DNA from: Nannocystis bainbridge
GTDB taxonomy: Bacteria > Myxococcota_A > Polyangia > Nannocystales > Nannocystaceae
Reading direction: 5' to 3'
NCBI RefSeq assembly: GCF_028368995.1
Contig: NZ_JAQNDL010000001.1
Span: 3,424,001-3,488,000, forward strand
Length of the DNA stretch: 64,000 bases
Shown: positions 19,871-29,499 of the stretch, piece after piece
How positions within the stretch are numbered: the first letter of the stretch is position 1
How the letters are laid out: every line of letters starts with the position of its first letter
Translations under genes and position numbers: made by a program
Notes under the pieces: generated by a model
What the model saw: the letters and a program-made list of their open reading frames with translations, nothing else
Told to the model about the DNA's origin: nothing
Databases searched by the model: none

Positions 19871-21019
19871 ATGGCTTGGGCGAAGCGATTGTCGTTGTGT
19901 CTCGGTGCTCTCTCGGCGTGCGATCCGCAGCAAGGCGGGACCTCGGCGTCGGCCGGCGAGACCACGACCTCCACCGACGCATCCACGACGAGCGGCACGG
20001 ACGCCTCGACCGCCGGCACCGAGGCGACGACCGAGGCCACGCCCACCACCGGCGAGCCGGGCGAGCCGCTCGGCTGCGCCGACGTGCGCTGGGCCTACGA
20101 CGTGGCCAAGTTCCAGGCCATCAGCGACCTGGCCGTCGACTCGCGCGGGCACGTGCGCGCCACCCTGAGCGGCGCCGAGGTGTTTCGCGTGCTCGACCTC
20201 GACACCGGCGGCGTCGAGGTCGGCGCGTTCGAGGTCTCGAGCGTCGACGCTTTCGTCCGCTGGGGCGGGCTCGACGGCGACGACAACGTGGTGCTGCAGG
20301 TGCAAGAGGACGGCCCGCAGTGGCCCCGCGACTGGGTCCGCAAGTTCTCGCTGGACGGCGCGCTGCTGTGGGAGGTCGAGTTCGCGGCGAAGAGCGACGG
20401 GTTCCCGGTCGGCCGTCCGGCGCCCGGCCCCGATGGTTCGGTGCTGGTCTCGCGCTCGGGCTCCCTTCACAAGTTCGCCGCCGACGGCTCGCCGGTGTGG
20501 GAGCAGGCCAACCTCGACGGTCTGCAGCCCTTCGCGGTCAACGCGGCCGGCGTCAGCGTCGCATGGTTGCTGGCGACCAAGATCGTGCGCGTGCTCGATC
20601 CCGCCGGCATCCCGCTGTGGCAGGCCGAATGGGGCCAGGAGGGGCTGGCCGATCGCTTCATCGTGCTCGACGGCGCCGGCGACGTCGTCGTCGGCGAGCA
20701 GCACCACGGCCTGGCGCGGTTCAGCGGCGACGGCGCGCTCGCGTGGGAGAAGACCGAGGCCGAGCTCGGGCTGCGGATCGACGGGCTGGTGATGAACGAG
20801 GCCGGGCAGCTGGCCGTGCTCGGCCTCCCGGACACCGGCCCGCAGGTGGTCGTGTCCTTCGGCCCCGACGGCGCCGAGGTCGGCCGCCGCGCTTGCACCC
20901 AGCTCTCCCACGTCGGAGAGCTGGCGATCGACGCCGCGGGCCGGGTGACGATCGCCGGCTACGACTTCATCGCCGAGAACGGCCAGTTCGACTGGTGGAT
21001 CGTCGCGTTCGACGGTTGA
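19871..21019 (+). CDS. Beta-propeller lipoprotein (PQQ-like repeats)
   Basis: Lipobox LSAC, repeated KF..DG..LW blades. Confidence 0.75.
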   Translation: MAWAKRLSLCLGALSACDPQQGGTSASAGETTTSTDASTTSGTDASTAGTEATTEATPTTGEPGEPLGCADVRWAYDVAKFQAISDLAVDSRGHVRATLSGAEVFRVLDLDTGGVEVGAFEVSSVDAFVRWGGLDGDDNVVLQVQEDGPQWPRDWVRKFSLDGALLWEVEFAAKSDGFPVGRPAPGPDGSVLVSRSGSLHKFAADGSPVWEQANLDGLQPFAVNAAGVSVAWLLATKIVRVLDPAGIPLWQAEWGQEGLADRFIVLDGAGDVVVGEQHHGLARFSGDGALAWEKTEAELGLRIDGLVMNEAGQLAVLGLPDTGPQVVVSFGPDGAEVGRRACTQLSHVGELAIDAAGRVTIAGYDFIAENGQFDWWIVAFDG

Positions 21020-21033
21020 TGTGTTCTCAAAAA

Positions 21034-21142
21034 CATGTCCATTCGGACATGTCATAAAGAACACGTCACCACGGACAGAGCCCGGAGACATGTCTCTTCG
21101 GGCATAGCCCGCTCGGCCCGTCACATGTCCCTTCGGACATGT
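21034..21142. repeat. 14-bp-phased GACATGTC-type palindrome cluster
   Basis: Cores at 21034, 21048, 21062, 21076, then 21089/21103 and 21124/21138. Confidence 0.8.
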
Positions 21143-21196
21143 GCCGGAGGCTCACGGCGGAGGACGCGCGGCTCGGCGCCGCGCGTCTCCTGGCCC

Positions 21197-22252
21197 TCAG
21201 GACAGGTTCGAAGCCGCCTGCAGCGTGCTCAGCAGTTCGCGCCAGGCGGTCAGCTCGGGGCGGCCGGGTTTGCGCTCGCCGAACAGCAGGGCGATGTTGT
21301 CGCCCGCGGCGTCGAACAGCTCGAGCGAGGTGACGACGCCGTCGTCGGTCGGCTTGTCGACGACAAAGGCGCTGGCGACCAGGTCGCGGCGGAGGTGGAG
21401 GTTGAAGCCCGGGTCGAGCACGTTGATCCACGGGCCCATCGGCACGATCTTGCGCACGGGGCCGGTGTGGATCTGGATGCACCCGGGGCTGCCGACGAAG
21501 ATCATGATCGGCAGCTCGCTGGCGGCCGCGCTGTTCAGGACCGCCTCGATGCTGTCCGTGGCGACCGGGCGGACGAAGCCCTCGGGCGCGAGGCGCATCG
21601 CCTGCAGGCGCGCCACCCCGGACTTGCGCAGCAGGCCGAAGAACTCGTGGGTGTCGCGCAGGCCCCGCCAACCGGCCTGAAACGCCGCGACGTCGACCTC
21701 GGCGTCGGGCGTCTCGGCCTTGCGGGGCGGCCGCGGGGTCAGGCGGATCGTCGGCTCCTGGTGCTCCGCGCGGAAGATGTCGACGAGCTGGCGGTACTCG
21801 GCCAGCTCGGTCTTCTCCTTGGCGTAGATCTTGTGGACCGCGTCGCCGTGGGCGTCGAAGAAATGCAGGCTCTGCTTGCCGTCCTCGTCGACCGCGAACC
21901 CGTGGGCCCACTGCGACAGGAAGATCCGCAGATCGATCGGCCCGTCGCCGTGCACGATCCCGTGCGGGCCCGAGATCTCCGGCTCGGTGTACTCGCCGGT
22001 CTTCTCGTGCACGGCGCTCTCGTTGCGGGTGAGCGCCATGACCTCGCCGAGCAGCGGCAGCCGGCGCAAGATGGCCGGCCAGTCGTCGATGAGGCGCACG
22101 GTGGTGGTGCCGCACTCGGTCGCGCGCAGCTCGGCCTCGCTGACGCCGAGGCGGGTGGCGGCGTCGCGGATCCGCAGCTTCGGCTCGCTGGCGCGGAGGT
22201 CACGCCAGGCGTGGGCGAGGTTGTTCGAGGGGGTCGGGGTGGCAGGTTGCAT
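21197..22252 (-). CDS. hemS: Hemin-degrading/trafficking protein, HemS/ChuS family
   Basis: RIRDAA..LGVSEAEL, MALTRNESAVHEK, IDLRIF, HKIY, DTHEFF, GCIQIHTG and FNLHL motifs. Confidence 0.93.
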   Translation of the reverse strand: MQPATPTPSNNLAHAWRDLRASEPKLRIRDAATRLGVSEAELRATECGTTTVRLIDDWPAILRRLPLLGEVMALTRNESAVHEKTGEYTEPEISGPHGIVHGDGPIDLRIFLSQWAHGFAVDEDGKQSLHFFDAHGDAVHKIYAKEKTELAEYRQLVDIFRAEHQEPTIRLTPRPPRKAETPDAEVDVAAFQAGWRGLRDTHEFFGLLRKSGVARLQAMRLAPEGFVRPVATDSIEAVLNSAAASELPIMIFVGSPGCIQIHTGPVRKIVPMGPWINVLDPGFNLHLRRDLVASAFVVDKPTDDGVVTSLELFDAAGDNIALLFGERKPGRPELTAWRELLSTLQAASNLS

Positions 22253-22290
22253 GGCGGGGTCCGTCGCGGCTTTCAGAGTATGGATCGGGA

Positions 22291-22905
22291 TCAGGGCAGC
22301 GCTGCCCAGCGGAAGCTGACGAACCCGGGCGTGCCGGCCTCGTCGTAGAAGCCCAGCATCTCGAGCTTGAAGTGATTGCCCTCGGGCGTGCGGACCACGT
22401 ACACGCGGTCGGCCTTGGGCGCGAGCGTGTGGTCCATGATGTTGTAGTCGAACCAGTTGTCGAAGGCGTAGCCGGGCTCGACGTTGGCCATCTCGCCGCC
22501 GGTGCCGGGGCCCTGGGCCTCGTCGGCGATCCAGCCGTCGGCCGGGACGGCGGTGACGGCGTCGAAGCTGGTGCCGTCGAGGATCGCGACCTCGACGCCG
22601 CCCTTGCCCGAGGTGCCGCCGTTCGACTTGACGTTGAAGCGCAGCGCCGCCAGGTCCCACACCTGGTCGTCGTCGGCGTCGGCCGGCTCCACGGCGCCCT
22701 TCGACTCGAAGTCGAAGTACGTCCACGCCTCCTCGCTGGTCGAGTCGATGATCGACTCGTAGCTGCCGTCGCCGAGGTCCTCGGTGACGACCGGGCCGTC
22801 GGTCGGCAGCTCGTCGCCGTCGGTGGTGTCGGAGGCCGAGCTTTCGGTGCAAGCGGGCAGGGCGGCGGCGGCGAGCGCCAACGAGAGCAGCAGGGGGCGG
22901 GTCAT
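22291..22905 (-). CDS. hmuY: HmuY-family heme-binding lipoprotein
   Basis: Lipobox LPAC; WTYFDF, WDLA..R, NGGTSG.G, WFDYN, VYVVRT..G and YDEAGTPG motifs. Confidence 0.88.
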   Translation of the reverse strand: MTRPLLLSLALAAAALPACTESSASDTTDGDELPTDGPVVTEDLGDGSYESIIDSTSEEAWTYFDFESKGAVEPADADDDQVWDLAALRFNVKSNGGTSGKGGVEVAILDGTSFDAVTAVPADGWIADEAQGPGTGGEMANVEPGYAFDNWFDYNIMDHTLAPKADRVYVVRTPEGNHFKLEMLGFYDEAGTPGFVSFRWAALP

Positions 22906-24860
22906 GGCTTACGTGTCCTTTTGGGCAGGTCGGTGCGGATGCGGGCCGAGATCCCGCCGTAGAACAGGCGGGGTACCAGCGGCAAGTAGGCGGCGTCGCC
23001 GGCGTTGAGCAGGTTGTCGACGCCGGCGAAGAAGGTCAGCTTGCCGCCGAGGATGTCCTGGGCGACGCGCACGTCGAGGTTGGCGTACGGCGACACGCGC
23101 AGCGGCTCCTCGACGCCGTCGCCGTCGTTGTCGCCGTAGTAGAACTGCTTGCCGAACACCGCCGTGCGGACCTGGGCCGAGGTGCCCCAGCGCGGGTGCT
23201 TCCAGCGCACGCGCGCGCTCGAGTGGTGCATCGGCCGGCCGGGCAGGCGCCGCTTCAGCTCGAGGTCGCGGGCGTCGGTGAACGTGTAGCTGACCTCGGC
23301 GTCGACCATGTCGGTGAACTTGACCGCCAGCGCCGCCTCGACGCCCTGGCTGCGCGCCGCGCCGACGTTGGTGTACTGGAACGCGTTGTCGGAGCCGAGC
23401 ATCAAGGTCGTCGCGTCGAGCGCGATCAGGTCCTTGAGGCGGTGGTGGAAATAATCGAAGGTCAGGGTGCGGCCGGGCGACAGCCGCCAGGCCACGCCAG
23501 CGGTGGCGCTGCGCGCCGTCTCGGCCTTGAGCTCGGGGTTGCCGGTCACGCGGTAGCCGGCGGCCGGGTTGGCGAACGCGAGGTAGAGCTCGCGGAAGCT
23601 CGGGGCGCGGAAGCCGAGGCCGGCGCTGGCCCGCAGCGTGAAGCTCTCGGCCGGGTCGATGCGGAACGCCAGGCGCGGCGAGCCGTAGCCGCCGAACTGC
23701 GAGTCGAGGTCGAGGCGCACGCCGGGCACGACGATGATCAGCGGCTTGAGGGCGATCTTCCACTCGTCCTGGGCGTAGAGGGCGAACCGCTGGCGGTCGG
23801 ACGAGGCGGTGGCGAGCCGCGGGGTCGAGAGATACTCGAGCTGGGTCTCGATGCCGGCGCTGAACAGGTGACGGCCGGCGATCATGTGGTCGTACTGGGC
23901 GCCGAACTGGCCGAGCGTGTCCTTGGTGCGCTGGGCCTGGTCGAGCGCGCTGGACTTGCGCTGGTCGAGCACGAAGTTGTCGTCGAAGTGGGCCAGGTGG
24001 GCGACCAGCCGCAGCCGCGCGGGCGCGTCCCAGGTGATCTCGGGGATGAAGCTGACGGATGTCGTTTGGGTCAGGTTGTTGCGGTCGAACACCGCGCCGG
24101 CGGCGTTGCTGTCGATGCCGTGGAGGTCGCGCCGCTGGTAGTCGGCGATGAGGCCGAGGTTGACGTCGCGGCGCACGCGGAACTCGGTCCGCTGCGAGGC
24201 GTTGAAGGAGTGGCCGCGGGCGCCGGTGGTCGAGGGCGTGCTGCGGTCGCGGTCGAAGCCGGCGGTGTAGTGCCAGCCGGCGCTCCAGCGGGTGCTCCAG
24301 CGCCCGCGCGCCCCGCCGATGGTGGCGCTCAGGTCGGAGGTGTGGAAGCTGCCGTAGCGGGCCCGCGCGTCGACCTCGAGCTTCCGCGAGGCCCGGCGGG
24401 TGATGATGTTGATGACGCCCGCGATCGCGTCGGCGCCGTACAGCGAGCTGCCGGGGCCCTTGACGATCTCGACCTGGGCGATGTCCTCGGCCGGGAAGCG
24501 CGAGAGGTCGAGCACGCCGCCGACCCTGCCGGTCGCGCGCTGACCGTCGACGAGGATCAGCACGTACTTGGAGTCGAGGCCCTGCATCTGGATGCCGACC
24601 CCGCCAGCGCCGGCGAAGCTGCGAATGATCTGCAGGCCCGGCTGCTCCTCGAGCACGCCCGCCAGCGTCTCCGCCCCCGAGGCCTCGATCGCGGCCCGGT
24701 CGACCACCCGCGTCGACACTGCGACGTCGCCGATCGCCTGCTCGGTCCGCGCCGAGGTGACCACCACCGTCTTGCTCTCCTTCGGCGGCCGCACGTCAGG
24801 CCGCTCCCGTCGCGGCGGGGCCGCGTGCACGGGGGTCGCGGTGGTCGCAGTCAGCAGCAT
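22902..24860 (-). CDS. TonB-dependent receptor, probable heme receptor
   Basis: TonB box VVVTSAR, VLILVDG, EIVKGPGSSLYG, GFRAP and GNPELKAE motifs. Start uncertain. Confidence 0.93.
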   Translation of the reverse strand: MLLTATTATPVHAAPPRRERPDVRPPKESKTVVVTSARTEQAIGDVAVSTRVVDRAAIEASGAETLAGVLEEQPGLQIIRSFAGAGGVGIQMQGLDSKYVLILVDGQRATGRVGGVLDLSRFPAEDIAQVEIVKGPGSSLYGADAIAGVINIITRRASRKLEVDARARYGSFHTSDLSATIGGARGRWSTRWSAGWHYTAGFDRDRSTPSTTGARGHSFNASQRTEFRVRRDVNLGLIADYQRRDLHGIDSNAAGAVFDRNNLTQTTSVSFIPEITWDAPARLRLVAHLAHFDDNFVLDQRKSSALDQAQRTKDTLGQFGAQYDHMIAGRHLFSAGIETQLEYLSTPRLATASSDRQRFALYAQDEWKIALKPLIIVVPGVRLDLDSQFGGYGSPRLAFRIDPAESFTLRASAGLGFRAPSFRELYLAFANPAAGYRVTGNPELKAETARSATAGVAWRLSPGRTLTFDYFHHRLKDLIALDATTLMLGSDNAFQYTNVGAARSQGVEAALAVKFTDMVDAEVSYTFTDARDLELKRRLPGRPMHHSSARVRWKHPRWGTSAQVRTAVFGKQFYYGDNDGDGVEEPLRVSPYANLDVRVAQDILGGKLTFFAGVDNLLNAGDAAYLPLVPRLFYGGISARIRTDLPKRTRKP

Positions 24861-24888
24861 GGCGAGCAGCGGCAGCGCCGATGGAAAA

Positions 24889-24903
24889 TGAAAACTGATT
24901 TCA
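24889..24903. promoter_or_regulatory. Degenerate Fur box
   Basis: TGAAAACTGATTTCA, imperfect 7-1-7 repeat just upstream of the receptor. Confidence 0.6.
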
Positions 24904-24962
24904 AATTGATCGACAGCCACGCCGTGGGCGTCAAGACCGCGCGCCGTGATGTTTCTCCTCAT

Positions 24963-24977
24963 TGATAATCATTATCA
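24963..24977. promoter_or_regulatory. Fur box
   Basis: Perfect TGATAAT-C-ATTATCA 7-1-7 inverted repeat upstream of the heme-uptake operon. Confidence 0.9.
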
Positions 24978-25014
24978 TTTGCACGAGAAAACCCGCGCGG
25001 CCGGCGAAGCGGCG

Positions 25015-25460
25015 ATGAAGGCGGGCGCGCGCCGGGAGCGACGCTTCGTGCTCGCCCTGGTGGCGATGCTGCTGCTGGTGCCGCCCATCGTACGCGAGCT
25101 TTATCCGCTCTCGCTGCCGTCGATGTTCTCGCGGGCAATCGTCCGCCTGGCGGTCTACGAGGCGAGAGATCCTCGCGGAGCGCCGGCGCCGCTCGAGCCG
25201 CTGCGCCTGCACGTGCCGGAGTGGCACGACCCGCCCGTCCGCACGCTCGGTCGTGACGGCTACGGCCGCCGCAAGCCGACCAGCGTGCAGGTGCTCGGCG
25301 AGGTCGCCAGCGCGGCCGAGGTCCAGCGCGTGGTCCGCTGGGCGCTGCGCCACGACCCGTCGCTGCCGCCGCCGTGACGGTGACGCCGACGGTGATGGGC
25401 CGCGACGCATCCGGCGCGCTGGCGGTGCTGTCGCGGGCGGAGTGGACGATCGCGCGCTGA
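25015..25460 (+). pseudogene. Hypothetical membrane-anchored protein, apparently frameshifted near 25370
   Basis: ORF stops at 25377 after CCGCCGCCG. A shifted frame continues VTVTPTVMGRDASGALAVLSRAEWTIAR to TGA at 25460. Confidence 0.45.
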
Positions 25461-25580
25461 CCCACGGCGACATGGTCGATGCGACATGTCCCGTGAGCCA
25501 TACCAATCCCGGCGATGTCTTTACGACATGTCCCATGAGACATGCGTCGCGTCGCTCGCGACGGCCCCTGGCGCGGCTCG

Positions 25581-26336
25581 TCAGCAGGTCCGGCCGCGGC
25601 TGCGCACCTGGGCCGCGAGGCCGTCGAGCAGGCGCTGCAGGCCGAACTCGATCTCGGGCGGGAGGCCGCCCTGGACCGGCTCCGCCGCGAATACGGGGCC
25701 GCCGAACACGGCCGCCAGCGTCGGGTAGCGCGACACGTCGACCAGCGACACGACCATGCGCTGGTACTCGGCCTCGGCGCGGGCCGGGTCGGTGGCGCCG
25801 CGGTACATGTCCTGCTGCGCCTGGCTCATGCCGCGCACGGCGGACACGGTGAACATCGCGGCCGACATCGCCTCGAGGCCGTCGAGGCCGCCCGCGGTCA
25901 TCGCCCGCAGCAGCCGCTCGAGCCAGGCGAGCTGGTTGGGGCCGAGCGGCGGGTGGTCGAAATGCAGGCGCAGCAGCCACGGGTGGGCCGCGAACACCCC
26001 CCAGAGGTCGGTCGCCCACGCCAGCACGCTGGCCCGCCAGTCCTCGCCGCGATCGGCAGGCGGCTGGCCGACGACCGCGTCCGCCATCGCCTCGAGCAGC
26101 AGGTCCTTGCTCGGCACGTGGTTGTAGAGCGACATCGTCGTGTAGCCCAGCTCGGCCGCGACGCGCTGCATCGACACCGCCGCGAGCCCCTCGGCGTCCG
26201 CCAGCGCGATCGCGGCCTCGACCAGGCGCTCGAGGCTGAGCTGCGCCTTCGGCCCGCGACGGCCCGGTCGCCCGCGCCCCCACAGCAGGTCGGCGCTGCG
26301 CCTCAAGTCGTGCGAGTCGTCGTCGTCGGTCGCCAT
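25581..26336 (-). CDS. TetR-family transcriptional regulator (TetR_C type)
   Basis: AAIALADAEGLAAVSMQRVAAELG..TMSLY.HV..K..L helix-turn-helix; FGLQRLLDGL. Confidence 0.95.
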   Translation of the reverse strand: MATDDDDSHDLRRSADLLWGRGRPGRRGPKAQLSLERLVEAAIALADAEGLAAVSMQRVAAELGYTTMSLYNHVPSKDLLLEAMADAVVGQPPADRGEDWRASVLAWATDLWGVFAAHPWLLRLHFDHPPLGPNQLAWLERLLRAMTAGGLDGLEAMSAAMFTVSAVRGMSQAQQDMYRGATDPARAEAEYQRMVVSLVDVSRYPTLAAVFGGPVFAAEPVQGGLPPEIEFGLQRLLDGLAAQVRSRGRTC

Positions 26337-26362
26337 CCGGCCCCGCGGAGGGTCCGCGTTTT

Positions 26363-26410
26363 AAAACTATGTACGTGATACATTAAATCATGTACGGTCT
26401 ACATAGTTTT
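26363..26410. promoter_or_regulatory. Twin palindromic operators, probably for the adjacent TetR
   Basis: ATGTA-N5-TACAT at 26369-26383 and 26390-26404, inside an outer 11-bp inverted repeat AAAACTATGTA/TACATAGTTTT. Confidence 0.8.
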
Positions 26411-26427
26411 CTCTGAACGGAGCCCTG

Positions 26428-27114
26428 ATGCCGCCCACGCCCTCCTCCTCGCCCCTCCGCCGTTCGCCTGCGATGCTCGCGCTGACGCTCACGGCGCTGG
26501 CGTTCCTCGCGTTCTCGCTGCCGCCCTACCTGTCGCTGGACCCGGCCCGCTCGCGCGTGCCGCCGCCGCCGGGGGTGCCCGGCTACTTCGCGGCCCTGGT
26601 CGTGCACGTGACCTGCGGGGCGGTGGCGATGGCGACCTGCTGCCTGCAGATCTGGCCGTGGCTGCGCCGCCGAAGCCCGGCGGTGCACCGGCTCGTCGGC
26701 CGCGTCTACGTGCTCGCCGGGGTGGTCCCGAGCGCGCTGGCCGGCATCTACGTGGCCTGCCACTCGCCGTTCGGGCCGCTCACAGGCGCCAGCAGCCTGG
26801 TGCTCGCGCCGCTGTGGCTGACGGTGACGACGATGGCGGTGCTGCGGGCCCGCCAGCGCCGCCTGGGGGCGCATCGGCGCTGGGCGATCCGCAGCTTCGC
26901 GCTGACGATGTCGATCGTGCTCAACCGCCTGCTCGTGGTGCCGGTGTTCGTGACCCTGTACCTGCTGTTCGGCGGGGACGACGAGGCGCGGCTGCAGCAG
27001 ATCGGCGCACCGATCGTGGCCTGGTCGAGCTGGATCGTCGCGCTCTCGCTGGCCGAGCGCCACCTGCGACGCGAAGCCAGGTCCTCGCGGCCCGACGCAC
27101 GCGCGCTCGACTGA
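26428..27114 (+). CDS. DUF2306-family membrane protein
   Basis: HV..G, LQ.WP.LR, HR.VGR.Y and HRRW.IRSFAL motifs. Confidence 0.88.
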   Translation: MPPTPSSSPLRRSPAMLALTLTALAFLAFSLPPYLSLDPARSRVPPPPGVPGYFAALVVHVTCGAVAMATCCLQIWPWLRRRSPAVHRLVGRVYVLAGVVPSALAGIYVACHSPFGPLTGASSLVLAPLWLTVTTMAVLRARQRRLGAHRRWAIRSFALTMSIVLNRLLVVPVFVTLYLLFGGDDEARLQQIGAPIVAWSSWIVALSLAERHLRREARSSRPDARALD

Positions 27115-27341
27115 AGGCCGCGGGCGCACGAAGTTTTATGGCCTTTGAGACAGGTCATAAACCGCAAGGCTCAGCGGTAAACCCGATCATCTTCGCTCGA
27201 AAATCCCCATTAACTAACCATCGTTTTATTTCTTTTAATATTTAAGTGGGCCATACTGACGGAATGATGAGTTTGAGCGCTTCGCGCCATCGCCTCGTCC
27301 GCGCCCCCTCGATCTGGCGAAAGGGACATGTTTTTAAAAAC

Positions 27342-28292
27342 ATGTCCCTTTGTTTCACTGCAGCGGTCGCGCTGAGCGGCTGCGTGTCGCGGCCGGGCGA
27401 CTTCGGGGACAGCGCCACCGAGGCCGGTGACCCGACCGGCGACACCAGCGGCGCGGCGACCTCCGCACCGGGCACCTCGACCGTGACGAGCACCTCGACC
27501 GTGACGGGCGCGACGAATCCGGGCACGACCACCGGACCCGACGACGAGCCGGTCCCCAGCACCACTGACTTTCCGTCGAGCACCGGCCACGACTTCATCA
27601 TGCCGCTCGACGGCGGCGGCCTCGGCAACGAGTGCGATCCGTTCGCGCAGGACTGTCCCGTGGGCCAGAAGTGCATGCCCTACTCGGGCGACGGCGACCA
27701 CGCCTGGGAGAGCCTCAAGTGCGTCGAAGTCGTGTCCGACCCCGACGGGCTCTACGAGCCCTGCGAGGTGTTCGGCTCCCCGGTCAGCGGCGAGGACTCC
27801 TGCGACGTCGGCCAAATGTGCTGGGACGTGGAGGACGGCGTCGGCACCTGCGTCGGCCTGTGCACCGGCAGTCACGACGCTCCGACCTGCGCCGATCCGT
27901 CCTCGACCTGCCACCTCAGCTCCGACGGCGTGATCGCCCTGTGCCTGAAGCCCTGCGATCCGCTGCTGCAGGACTGTCCGGGCGGTGATCTGTGCATCCC
28001 CTCGCCCTCGAACCCCGGCACGTTCGTCTGCATCCTCGACGCCGGCGGCGAGGAGGGCCAGGCGCTCGACCCCTGCGAGTACGCCAACGTCTGCGACCCC
28101 GGCCTCTACTGCCTCGACCCGGCGCTGGGCGCCGAGTGCGACCCGCAAGTGATCGGCTGCTGCCTGCCGTTCTGCGACATAACGCTGCCGAACACCTGCC
28201 CCGGCGCGGGCCAGGAGTGCCTGCCGTGGTGGGGCGACGAACCGGCCCCGCCCGTGCACGCGAACCTCGGGGTCTGCAGCCTGCCCCAATGA
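27342..28292 (+). CDS. Cys-rich lipoprotein, paralog 1
   Basis: Lipobox LSGC, Thr-rich linker, CDP..QDCP.G.KC module, GCCLPFCD. Confidence 0.85.
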   Translation: MSLCFTAAVALSGCVSRPGDFGDSATEAGDPTGDTSGAATSAPGTSTVTSTSTVTGATNPGTTTGPDDEPVPSTTDFPSSTGHDFIMPLDGGGLGNECDPFAQDCPVGQKCMPYSGDGDHAWESLKCVEVVSDPDGLYEPCEVFGSPVSGEDSCDVGQMCWDVEDGVGTCVGLCTGSHDAPTCADPSSTCHLSSDGVIALCLKPCDPLLQDCPGGDLCIPSPSNPGTFVCILDAGGEEGQALDPCEYANVCDPGLYCLDPALGAECDPQVIGCCLPFCDITLPNTCPGAGQECLPWWGDEPAPPVHANLGVCSLPQ

Positions 28293-28330
28293 CCATGCCC
28301 GTTCCGACATGTCCTATGAGACATCCAAAC

Positions 28331-29269
28331 ATGCAACTCCGCGTCCTCCCGCTGCTGCTCGTCACCGCCTGCTCCCCGCGCCCGCTCGGCGACACCGAGA
28401 CCAGCGCCGGCGGGACCACCACCACCGGCTCCGGGACGACCGCCAGCACCGCCTCGCCGCCCAGCCCGACCACGGGCACCGCCGATCCGCCGCCCGGGAC
28501 GACCGGCGGGCCCGACACGGCGGAGACCCTCACGGACGGCTCGACCGCCCCGCCGGACAGCTCCGGCAGCGAATTCATCGCACCGCCCGACGGCGGCCCG
28601 TCGACCAAGGAGTGCTATCAATGGGCGCAGGACTGTCCCGAGGGCCAGAAGTGCATGCCCTACTCGGGCGACGGCGACAACGCGTGGGAGAGCCTCAAGT
28701 GCGTCGATGTCGTGCCCGACCCCGACGGGCTCTACGAGCCCTGCGAGGTGTTCGGCTCCCCGGTCAGCGGCGAGGACACCTGCGACGTCGGCCTGATGTG
28801 CTGGGACGTGGTCGACGGCAAGGGCAAATGCATGGGCATGTGCACCGGCAGCCCCGACAAGCCGGGCTGCACCGACCCGGAGGCGTCTTGCTACCTCACC
28901 GCCGACGCCGTGGTCACCCTGTGCTTCCCGCACTGCGATCCGCTGCAGCAGGACTGCGAGGCCGACGAACTGTGCCTCCCTCTACCCTCGGGCGATGCTT
29001 TCATCTGCGTCTCCGACGCCAGCGGCGAGGGGGGCCAGACGTTCGACCCCTGCACTTACATCAGCGCCTGCGACGCCGGCCTCCTGTGCCTCAACCCGGA
29101 GCTGGCCGTCGAGTGCGACCCGCAGCAGATCGGCTGCTGCCTCCCGTTCTGCGACACCTCGCTGCCGAACACCTGCCCCGGCGCGGGCCAGGAGTGCCTG
29201 TCATGGTGGGACAACGCACCGCCCTCGCCGGAGCTCGCCAACCTCGGGGTCTGCAGCCTGCCCCAGTGA
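28331..29269 (+). CDS. Cys-rich lipoprotein, paralog 2 (tandem duplicate)
   Basis: Lipobox VTAC; Cys domain closely matches paralog 1 and ends NLGVCSLPQ. Confidence 0.85.
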   Translation: MQLRVLPLLLVTACSPRPLGDTETSAGGTTTTGSGTTASTASPPSPTTGTADPPPGTTGGPDTAETLTDGSTAPPDSSGSEFIAPPDGGPSTKECYQWAQDCPEGQKCMPYSGDGDNAWESLKCVDVVPDPDGLYEPCEVFGSPVSGEDTCDVGLMCWDVVDGKGKCMGMCTGSPDKPGCTDPEASCYLTADAVVTLCFPHCDPLQQDCEADELCLPLPSGDAFICVSDASGEGGQTFDPCTYISACDAGLLCLNPELAVECDPQQIGCCLPFCDTSLPNTCPGAGQECLSWWDNAPPSPELANLGVCSLPQ

Positions 29270-29318
29270 CCATCTCTTCTTAAAAAGAGAGACGACATGT
29301 CCCACGAGACATGTCTTC

Positions 29319-29385
29319 ATGTCACTCCGCGCCCTCCCGCTGCTCCTCGTCCAAGCCTGCTCGCAGCGCTTGGGCGGCGACTTCC
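29319..29385 (+). pseudogene. Signal-peptide-only remnant of a third paralog
   Basis: MSLRALPLLLVQACSQRLGGD matches paralog 2 MQLRVLPLLLVTACSPRPLGD, then similarity ends. Confidence 0.6.
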
Positions 29386-29499
29386 GGGTTCACCTGATCG
29401 GGGTCCACCTCGACGATCGATCCGCCCTGCGAAGGTCCGTGAGCGTCACGGGCCGAACGCATGCCCCCAAAGGACATGTCGCAGCGAGAGACCGCTGCG

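Noticed and set aside
15956-21124. 1722-aa minus-strand ORF
   Set aside because: Shadow of vgrG and the two lipoproteins.
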